A stretch of DNA of 36,971 nt from Fidelibacterota bacterium (GTDB taxonomy: Bacteria > Fidelibacterota > Fidelibacteria > Fidelibacterales > Fidelibacteraceae): the NCBI GenBank assembly GCA_034723415.1, contig JAYEOX010000075.1, forward strand, positions 8,427-45,397, read 5' to 3'. A program made the translations under genes and the position numbers. Below the pieces are notes generated by a model, which saw only the letters and a list, made by a program, of their open reading frames with translations, did no database searches and was not told where the DNA came from. Below, in pieces: positions 30,136 through 36,971 of this stretch; position 1 is the first letter of the stretch, and each line of letters begins with the position of its first letter.

Positions 30136-32556
30136 ATGAGAATTGGAGTTTATGTATGCCATTGTGGCGGTAATATTTCTGATGTTGTAGATGTTAAAGC
30201 TGTTGCACAAGAAGCCAAAAAACAGGGTGATGTTATTTTTGCAAAAGATTACTCTCATATGTGTTCGGGTAATGGACAACAAATGGTGATAGATGATATT
30301 AAAGAACATAAATTAGATAAAGTTCTTATATCAGCATGTTCACCACTTTTTCATGGAGAAACTTTTAAGGCTGCAGCAGCAAAAGCAGGTTTAAATCCAT
30401 ATTTAATTGAAATGTCAAATATTAGAGAGCATTGTGCGTGGGTACATTTTGATGACAAAAAGAAGGCAACTGAAAAAGCAAAAGATTTAACGAAAATAGG
30501 TATAGAAAAAGTACGAAATAATGAACCATTGGAAACAATAAAAACACCAATTGGAAAAAGGGTTTTAGTCATTGGTGGTGGAATTGCTGGTATTCAGGCT
30601 GCTCTTGATTTAGGAGATGCTGGTTATAAAGTTCATTTAGTTGAAAAGAAAGCTACGATAGGTGGAAAGATGGCTCAGCTTAGTAGGACTTTTCCTACAA
30701 ACGATTGTGCGGCTTGTATTTTAGGTTCAAAAATGGCAGATGTACCAAAAAACAAAAATATAAAACTAAGTACTTCTTCTGAAATTGAAAAGGTTGAAGG
30801 TACAATTGGTAATTTTAAGGTAACAATTAAAAAGAAACCTACTTATGTTCATCCTGATGCATGTGTTTCTTGTGGAGATTGTGTAACTCCTTGTCCTGTT
30901 TCAATGCCAGATGAAATGCAATGGGGCGTAACTAAAAGAAAAGCTATTTATCTTCCCATAGATTTTGCTGTTCCCAATAAATATCTTATTGATGGTGACA
31001 AGTGTTTAAATATTAAAGCTCAAAAAAAGACAGGTAAACCTTCAAATGTTTGTAAATTGTGTCAGAAAGCTTGTCATCAAGATGCTATAGATTTTAGTAT
31101 GAAACCTGAAAGAGAAGAATTTACAGTGGATACTATTATTGTAACAACCGGCTATGATGTATTTGATGCCACTCGGAAACCTGAATATGGATATGGAAGA
31201 TATGAGAATGTTATGATTGCTCCGGAAGTTGAGAGAGTAATTGTTCATAAAGGAGAGGGAACACCAACTATAGATATGGGAGAGCGAATAGCTTTTATTC
31301 AATGTGTAGGTTCTCGAGACGAACAACTTGGGATAGAATATTGTTCACGAGTATGTTGTATGTATGCTACTAAACTTTCTCAATTATTAAAAAGTATGGC
31401 TAATGTTAATAACGAAAAAAAAGAACTTTATGTATTTTATACTGATATGCGAACTTTTGGAAAGGGATATGAGGAATATTATAAAGCAACTCAAAAAATG
31501 GGTGTAAAATTTGTTAGAGGAAGACCGGCAGAGGTTATTGAAGATCCGGAAACAAAAAAGCTAACTATTAAAGTAGAAGATACTTTAAATAATCGAATAA
31601 TAGAGAGTGAGTTTGATAAAGTGGTTCTTTCAGTTGGAATGCAACTTAGCGAGGGTGGGAATGAAATTGCGGAAATCCTAAAAATTCCTAAAAGTGAAGA
31701 TGGTTTTTTACAAGAAGCTCATCCTAAATTTCGTCCCGTAGATACAGGTAAAGATGGTATCTTTATTGCAGGTACAGCTCAAGGGCCAAAGGATATTCCG
31801 GATTCTGTTGCTCAAGCGAGTGCCACAGCATCACGAGCTATGCGACTTATGAACCAAGGGGAAATAACAGAAGAACCCTTAAAAGCTTTTATTGAAACAG
31901 ATCTTTGTGATGGATGTGGATTGTGTGTAGATAGTTGTCCACCGGGAGCTATTACAATGAGAGATAATAAAGCTGTTGTCAATCCTGTGTTATGTAAAGG
32001 ATGCGGAATGTGTATTGCTTCTTGTCATGTTGATGCTATCGATCTTAATATGTACACTAATAAACAAATGTTAGCACAAGTAGAAGCAGCATTAAAAGAT
32101 AAAAAAGAAAATGAAAGAATAGTTTTAGTATTTGCAAATGATATGTGTGGTTATAAATTGGCTGATTCAGTTGGTACAGCGAAAAAAGCATATAATGATG
32201 CAGTTAGAATTATAAAAGTTCCATCAACAAGTAGAGTTACTACAAAATTGATGCTTCAAGCATTTTCTATGGGAGCTGATGGAATTCTTTTAGCAGATTG
32301 TGAATCGAAATCAAGTGATTTTGCCGGTAGTTTAGAAATGGCAACTGAAAATGTAAATAAGATTAAGAGTATTCTAACTGAAATTAAAGAAAATCCGGAA
32401 AGAGTAATGATTTTTCAATTTGCTACGGTTATGCTTCCGAAATTTGTAATGCTAATGAATAAAATGGCTAAAATTGGTAATGATAATAAACCTATTTCAA
32501 AAGCAAATAGAGAGATACTTGAAAAGAATATATCTAAATGGTTATTTGAGAAATAA
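30136..32556 (+). CDS. hdrA: Heterodisulfide reductase subunit A-like FAD/Fe-S protein fused to a degenerate C-terminal MvhD domain
   Basis: YVCHCGGNI, CSP..H, NIREHC.WVH, VIGGGIAGI (FAD), TFPT.DC..C, inserted and C-terminal ferredoxin motifs, QCVGSRD..YCSRVCCMYATK, EAHPK.RP; MvhD-like tail from about 32116. Confidence 0.93.
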   Translation: MRIGVYVCHCGGNISDVVDVKAVAQEAKKQGDVIFAKDYSHMCSGNGQQMVIDDIKEHKLDKVLISACSPLFHGETFKAAAAKAGLNPYLIEMSNIREHCAWVHFDDKKKATEKAKDLTKIGIEKVRNNEPLETIKTPIGKRVLVIGGGIAGIQAALDLGDAGYKVHLVEKKATIGGKMAQLSRTFPTNDCAACILGSKMADVPKNKNIKLSTSSEIEKVEGTIGNFKVTIKKKPTYVHPDACVSCGDCVTPCPVSMPDEMQWGVTKRKAIYLPIDFAVPNKYLIDGDKCLNIKAQKKTGKPSNVCKLCQKACHQDAIDFSMKPEREEFTVDTIIVTTGYDVFDATRKPEYGYGRYENVMIAPEVERVIVHKGEGTPTIDMGERIAFIQCVGSRDEQLGIEYCSRVCCMYATKLSQLLKSMANVNNEKKELYVFYTDMRTFGKGYEEYYKATQKMGVKFVRGRPAEVIEDPETKKLTIKVEDTLNNRIIESEFDKVVLSVGMQLSEGGNEIAEILKIPKSEDGFLQEAHPKFRPVDTGKDGIFIAGTAQGPKDIPDSVAQASATASRAMRLMNQGEITEEPLKAFIETDLCDGCGLCVDSCPPGAITMRDNKAVVNPVLCKGCGMCIASCHVDAIDLNMYTNKQMLAQVEAALKDKKENERIVLVFANDMCGYKLADSVGTAKKAYNDAVRIIKVPSTSRVTTKLMLQAFSMGADGILLADCESKSSDFAGSLEMATENVNKIKSILTEIKENPERVMIFQFATVMLPKFVMLMNKMAKIGNDNKPISKANREILEKNISKWLFEK

Positions 32557-32570
32557 GGAAGGAATATAAA

Positions 32571-32975
32571 ATGATAAAAAAAATTAAAATAACTTCTCAT
32601 AATCAAACATTTTATGAAAAGGTGAAAACAATAAGTGGTGAAGATATTGCAGTTTGTGATCGATGTGGTGTTTGTACCGGTAGTTGTCCGTTAACAATTG
32701 AAATGGAAATATCACCATCTAATATTATGAAAATGGTTCAGCTTGGCCAAGAAGATGTTATGGATTACAATTCGATGTGGGTTTGTTCTACTTGTAATTA
32801 TTGTACCGCTCGTTGTCCTCGAGGATTAGATGTTTCTAAAGTGACAGAAGCATTGAGACAAATAAGATTACGAACATCTTTTGATAAGATACAAATTGAT
32901 AAAATTCCAAAAGAAGAATTAAAAGATTTACCACAAATAGCATTAGTTGGAGCTTTTAGAAGATTAACTTCATAA
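32571..32975 (+). CDS. hdrC: Heterodisulfide reductase subunit C-like 2x[4Fe-4S] protein
   Basis: CDRCGVCTGSCP and WVCSTCNYCTARCPRG; between hdrA and hdrB. Confidence 0.9.
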   Translation: MIKKIKITSHNQTFYEKVKTISGEDIAVCDRCGVCTGSCPLTIEMEISPSNIMKMVQLGQEDVMDYNSMWVCSTCNYCTARCPRGLDVSKVTEALRQIRLRTSFDKIQIDKIPKEELKDLPQIALVGAFRRLTS

Positions 32976-32993
32976 ATAGAGAGGAAAGAATAG

Positions 32994-33893
32994 ATGAAAA
33001 TACCATATTACCCTGGTTGTACTTTAAAATCAACTGCAAAACATTTTGAAGATTCTGCGATAGAAAGTGCTAAAAAAATAGGAATTGAATTTGTTGAACT
33101 TCCAAGATGGAATTGTTGTGGTGTTGTAGCTCCACTGGCGACTGATGATATTATGCGTCATGTAGCACCGGTGAGAAATATGATAAGAGTACTGGAAATG
33201 AATAGAGATGGATTAGTAAAAGATGAGAAAAGATTACTCACTTTATGTTCAATGTGTTATAGTACTTTAAAAAGATCTAATTTACGAGTAAATGAATTGA
33301 TTGATGATTTAGATGTTCTTAACGATTTTATGTATAAAGAAGAAATGAATTATGATGGAAGTGTAAAGATAGTTCATTTTTTAGAAGTTTTAAAAGAGAT
33401 GGGGTTTGATAAAGTTAAAGACAAAGTTGTCAAATCGTTAGAAAATTTGAATGTTGCAGCATATTATGGTTGCAAATTGTTGAGACCAAAAGAGATCGGA
33501 ATAGATAATAGCGAGGTACCGATTATATTTGAAGATTTTATTTCTGCAATTTCCGCTAATCCGGTTGATTGGCATAATAAAAGTAAGTGTTGTGGAAGTT
33601 TTTTAACAGTAGATAATAAAGAGGTAGTCGTAGATCTTGGATATGATATTTTAACAGATGCTCAAAAATCCGGTGCTGATATAATTGTTACAAGTTGTCC
33701 TTTGTGCGCATATAATCTTGATAATAGACAAAAAAATATTAAAGAAAAATATCCGGAATTTAAAGAAATTCCGGTTGTATATTTTACACAATTAATGGCT
33801 TTGGCATTTGGGTTTCCTAAGGAAATAACTGGTTTCGATGGAAATTATATTAACTCTGTTAAATTGTTTAAATCAAAAAATATTAAAGTATAA
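32994..33893 (+). CDS. hdrB: Heterodisulfide reductase subunit B-like CCG-domain protein
   Basis: YYPGC..WNCCG..CSMC and YYGC.LLRP..CCG..CPLC..NL: both five-Cys CCG sets intact. Confidence 0.92.
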   Translation: MKIPYYPGCTLKSTAKHFEDSAIESAKKIGIEFVELPRWNCCGVVAPLATDDIMRHVAPVRNMIRVLEMNRDGLVKDEKRLLTLCSMCYSTLKRSNLRVNELIDDLDVLNDFMYKEEMNYDGSVKIVHFLEVLKEMGFDKVKDKVVKSLENLNVAAYYGCKLLRPKEIGIDNSEVPIIFEDFISAISANPVDWHNKSKCCGSFLTVDNKEVVVDLGYDILTDAQKSGADIIVTSCPLCAYNLDNRQKNIKEKYPEFKEIPVVYFTQLMALAFGFPKEITGFDGNYINSVKLFKSKNIKV

Positions 33894-33943
33894 ATATTCT
33901 TCAAAAGTGAATAAAATAAAAATTTGAATATGAGGTATAAATA

Positions 33944-34633
33944 ATGACTGACAAAAGAAAAATGATCAATGTTTTTATTATGGGTGAAGCACAAAAAGTT
34001 CCTGAAGGTTCTACAATTTTAAATGCTATTGAATATGCAGGATATCAACTAAAGAAAGGTGTTGGTTGTAGAGAAGGGTTTTGTGGTGCTTGTGCAACGG
34101 TTTATAGAGAAAAAGGAGATTATAAATTAAAAGGGGGACTTGCATGTCAGACAGTCGCTACAGATGGAATGTCATTAGTTCAAATTCCTTTTGTTCCGGC
34201 AGAAAAACCTGTTTACGATATGGATAAAATAACTCCAGATATAAATACAATAAAGGAATTGTTTCCCACAGTATTTCGCTGTCTTGCTTGTAATACTTGC
34301 ACGAAAGCGTGTCCCCAAGATATTCAAGTTATGGATTATGTTCAAGCCCTTAAACAAGGTAATATTGCCGAAGCTGCTGATTTATCTTTTGATTGCATTC
34401 GTTGTGGATTGTGTGCTTTGCGTTGTCCTGCTGAAATTGTTCAATACAATGCAGGAACCTTAGCGCGAAGATTATATGGCAAATATTTAGCTAAAAAAAG
34501 TCCTGAATTAATAAAACGAGTAGAGGAGATTGAAGATGGTAAATATGACCAAGAAATAAAGGAATTAAAAGAAATGAATAGGAAAGATCTTACTGAAAAA
34601 TATTATTCTCGTGAAATTAAGTTGGATACTTGA
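33944..34633 (+). CDS. Fumarate reductase/succinate dehydrogenase Fe-S subunit, TfrB N-terminal-like ([2Fe-2S] + 2x[4Fe-4S])
   Basis: GCREGFCGAC...LACQ, CLACNTCTKACP, CIRCGLCALRCP; no CCG domain, no TM helix. Confidence 0.85.
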   Translation: MTDKRKMINVFIMGEAQKVPEGSTILNAIEYAGYQLKKGVGCREGFCGACATVYREKGDYKLKGGLACQTVATDGMSLVQIPFVPAEKPVYDMDKITPDINTIKELFPTVFRCLACNTCTKACPQDIQVMDYVQALKQGNIAEAADLSFDCIRCGLCALRCPAEIVQYNAGTLARRLYGKYLAKKSPELIKRVEEIEDGKYDQEIKELKEMNRKDLTEKYYSREIKLDT

Positions 34634-35092
34634 TACTTGATACTTGATGTTAAATTCTGATAATTAATAATTAAAAGGTGAATATGAGAGAGATTTACGA
34701 ATATAATGTGTATAAATTGGCGGAAGAATTGTCAGATAAAATCTGGAATGATTTTGACAACTGGTCTTCAAAGGTTCGTAACACAATTGGTTATCAGATT
34801 ATTAGGTCATCGGATAGTATTTCAGCTAATTTAGCAGAAGGTTATGGTCGGTATTCCAGTGCAGATAAAAAGAAATTTTACTATTATTCTCGTGGTTCAT
34901 TTGAAGAAACAAAAGCATGGCTTCGTAAATTATATAAACGAGAAGTTATTTTTAAAAAAATAATGCAAGAATACAAAAAAATAATAGATGAATTAGGTCC
35001 AAAATTAAATGGATTCATCAACAGTACAAAAATAGAGAAAAAATGATAAGTGTCAAATATAAAACATCAAAAAGTATCAAGCATCAAGTATC
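34625..35092. mobile_element. Putative intervening element: four-helix-bundle gene flanked by inverted tandem-heptamer arms
   Basis: Left arm (GATACTT)x3+GATGTT at 34625-34651; right arm AACATC-AAA-AAGTATC-AAGCATC-AAGTATC at 35063-35092, its reverse complement with one mismatch and a 3-nt bulge; mobility is inferred. Confidence 0.55.
34684..35046 (+). CDS. Four helix bundle protein (23S rRNA intervening-sequence protein / Avd-like family)
   Basis: VYKLA..L, QI.RS.DSI.AN.AEGYGR, F..YSRGS..ET..WL, LNGFI motifs; ATG 34684 behind AAGGTG. Confidence 0.9.
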   Translation: MREIYEYNVYKLAEELSDKIWNDFDNWSSKVRNTIGYQIIRSSDSISANLAEGYGRYSSADKKKFYYYSRGSFEETKAWLRKLYKREVIFKKIMQEYKKIIDELGPKLNGFINSTKIEKK

Positions 35093-35169
35093 AAATGCCT
35101 TTGTTTTAAAAAAGTTCACACAACTAAAAAATATTAAACAAAATAATAGAAAATAGTAGGAGGTAATAT

Positions 35170-36840
35170 ATGTATCCTGAATATATGATGGAATCAATTA
35201 AGAAAGTAGAAAAGACCAGGCCACGTCGTTTGGAATTAGTTAAAAAATATGGGAAACAAGTATTTCCGGGAATGAGTGAAAAAGAGAGAGGGGATATATT
35301 AGAAAAGTATCATCCGGATTATCATAAAAATGCACGGCGAGAAATTCACGTTGGACCAAATAAAGGTGAAAAATTGACTACAAAAGTTGCCGATATGCTT
35401 GAATCACATTCTCGAATCGATCCGAGAAAGCTTGATCTTAATAAAGTGGATTTTGAAACTGATGTGTTAGTAATTGGAGCAGGTTCTGCAGGATTGTCTG
35501 CATCAATAACCGCCGCTAATAATGGTAGTGATGTTCTGCTTGTGACAAAATTACGATTAGGTGATTCTAACTCAATGATGGCTCAAGGTGGTATTCAAGC
35601 AGCCGATCAAGATGACGATTCACCTTCAATACATTATCTTGATGTGATCGGAGGAGGTCATTTTGACAATAAACCCGAATTAGTGGAAGCATTAGTGAAA
35701 GATGCTCCGAAATCAATCCAATGGCTGGAAAATTTGGGGGTAATGTTTGATAAAAATCCTGATGGTTCGATGTCAGTGAAACCTGGTGGAGGCACATCCA
35801 GAAACAGAATGCATTCAGCAAGAGATTATACTGGAGCGGGAATCTGTCGTGTGTTGAGAGATGAAGTTTATAACAAACCAGATAAAATTAAATATATAGA
35901 ATATACAGCAATTGTTGAATTGATCCTGAATGAAAAAGGTGATGCAGTGGGAGCAGTTGCATATCATATTGACACTAAACAATATTCTATAATCAAAGCG
36001 AAATCCGTTATTATTTCTACAGGCGGATTCGGACGATTACATATAGAAGGATTCGAAACAACTAATCATTATGGTGCGACAGCCGATGGATTAGTAATTG
36101 CCTATCGTGCAGGAGCAAATTTATTATATATGGATTCAGTTCAATATCATCCTACTGGAGCTGTTTTCCCAGAACAAATTGTTGGATTTCTTTGTACTGA
36201 AAAATTAAGGACTTTGGGAGCACAGCCATTAAATAAAAATGGTGAATTATTTGTATACCCCTTAGAACCACGTGATATTGAAGCATCCACATTAATTCGA
36301 GAATGTGATAATAATTTGGGAATTACAACTCCATCCGGATTAAAAGGTGTATGGCTTGATTCTCCCTTAATAGAACAAATTATGGGTGAGGGAACAATAG
36401 ATAAAAATCTACCGGCAATGGTAAGACAATATAGCAGATTTGATATTGATATACGAAAATATCCTATGTTAGTTTATCCAACCCTTCACTATCAAAATGG
36501 TGGAATTGAGATAAACAAAAAAGGTGAAACCTCAATTAAAGGATTGTATGTTGCTGGCGAAGCTTCCGGTGGTTTACATGGTAGAAATAGATTGATGGGA
36601 AATTCACAACTGGATTTAATTGTTTTTGGTAGAAGAGCTGGATTAAATGCTTCTAAAAGAGCAAAAGGGAAAGTGGTTTTTGGTAAATTAAGTTTAGAAC
36701 ATGTAAATAAATATGAAAAAGAAGTAGAAAAATTAGGCATTGATAAAAAACAAATTGCTCCTGTTATATTACCGGATTATATTCCAGATCATATCAAGAA
36801 AAGACAACTTACTTCTGAATTTTATGGTAATTTGGGATAA
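35170..36840 (+). CDS. Fumarate reductase/succinate dehydrogenase flavoprotein, TfrA-like (soluble)
   Basis: VIGAGSAG (FAD), AQGG, GG.S..R, STGGFG, QYHPTG, TE.LR, EPRD, PTLHYQNGG, AGE..GGLHG.NRL.GNS. Confidence 0.88.
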   Translation: MYPEYMMESIKKVEKTRPRRLELVKKYGKQVFPGMSEKERGDILEKYHPDYHKNARREIHVGPNKGEKLTTKVADMLESHSRIDPRKLDLNKVDFETDVLVIGAGSAGLSASITAANNGSDVLLVTKLRLGDSNSMMAQGGIQAADQDDDSPSIHYLDVIGGGHFDNKPELVEALVKDAPKSIQWLENLGVMFDKNPDGSMSVKPGGGTSRNRMHSARDYTGAGICRVLRDEVYNKPDKIKYIEYTAIVELILNEKGDAVGAVAYHIDTKQYSIIKAKSVIISTGGFGRLHIEGFETTNHYGATADGLVIAYRAGANLLYMDSVQYHPTGAVFPEQIVGFLCTEKLRTLGAQPLNKNGELFVYPLEPRDIEASTLIRECDNNLGITTPSGLKGVWLDSPLIEQIMGEGTIDKNLPAMVRQYSRFDIDIRKYPMLVYPTLHYQNGGIEINKKGETSIKGLYVAGEASGGLHGRNRLMGNSQLDLIVFGRRAGLNASKRAKGKVVFGKLSLEHVNKYEKEVEKLGIDKKQIAPVILPDYIPDHIKKRQLTSEFYGNLG

Positions 36841-36881
36841 GAAGAATTATAATTTGAAAACAAGGTTTAGATTGAGAATAA

Positions 36882-36961
36882 ACCGTTCATTGAGTGAAGT
36901 CGAAGTGCGGTAAAGTCCACATTAATTTATTCTCTGCGTTTTTGTGTCTCTGCGGTAAAGT
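36882..36961. repeat. REP-like hairpin plus nonamer-family repeat at the operon end
   Basis: ACCG...GAGTGAAGTCGAAGTG-CGGT imperfect palindrome 36882-36911; TGCGGTAAAGT direct repeat at 36906 and 36951; 36931-36960 homologous to 24506-24535. Confidence 0.55.
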
Positions 36962-36971
36962 AATTAAAACC

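Noticed and set aside
30136..32556. QmoB of sulfate reducers (also an HdrA-MvhD fusion)
   Set aside because: No qmoA, qmoC, aprAB or sat nearby; N-terminus and central Cys motifs are canonical HdrA and the context is fumarate metabolism
34684..35046. Diversity-generating retroelement (Avd-like gene)
   Set aside because: No reverse transcriptase and no TR/VR pair differing at adenines seen in the window
34625..35092. 23S rRNA intervening sequence proper
   Set aside because: Flanks are protein-coding genes; no rRNA sequence is present
2070..36740. Numerous short antisense or overlapping ORFs in the six-frame track (e.g. 12058-12504, 20951-21457, 27298-27768)
   Set aside because: They lie within well-supported genes, mostly on the opposite strand, and show no domain signatures
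35170..36840. L-aspartate oxidase NadB
   Set aside because: No nadA/nadC; paired with an Frd-type Fe-S subunit, fumarase and sucCD

Overview
AT-rich (roughly 27-30% GC by eye) chromosomal segment of an anaerobic diderm bacterium, probably FCB superphylum (Marinimicrobia/KSB1/Ignavibacteria-like). This placement is inferred from kdsB, lnt, a T9SS-type C-terminal sorting domain, a short region-1.1-less sigma-70 and the yicC-gmk-rpoZ-coaBC-udg-dnaB gene order. Bases 1-26.3 kb are mostly housekeeping: kdsB, ychF, pepC, a long minus-strand run yicC...lnt and psd-pssA...yigZ containing an unannotated decayed tatA, then rpoD-rpsU-glmM-deoC, putP and a glutamine synthetase-family gene. Bases 26.5-36.8 kb hold the most interesting feature, an apparent operon sucC-sucD-fumA-fumB-hdrA::mvhD-hdrC-hdrB-tfrB-like-tfrA-like. 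It encodes a soluble fumarate reductase/succinate dehydrogenase with no membrane anchor, linked to a heterodisulfide-reductase-type complex whose fused MvhD domain has lost most Fe-S cysteines, with no hydrogenase, Fdh or Flx donor module in view. A four-helix-bundle (23S-IVP/Avd-like) gene sits between the two fumarate reductase subunits, bracketed by inverted tandem-heptamer arms. Intergenic regions carry small dispersed repeats and a recurring TTTG-N20-TAWAWT promoter motif. No rRNA, tRNA, CRISPR array or transposase was seen.
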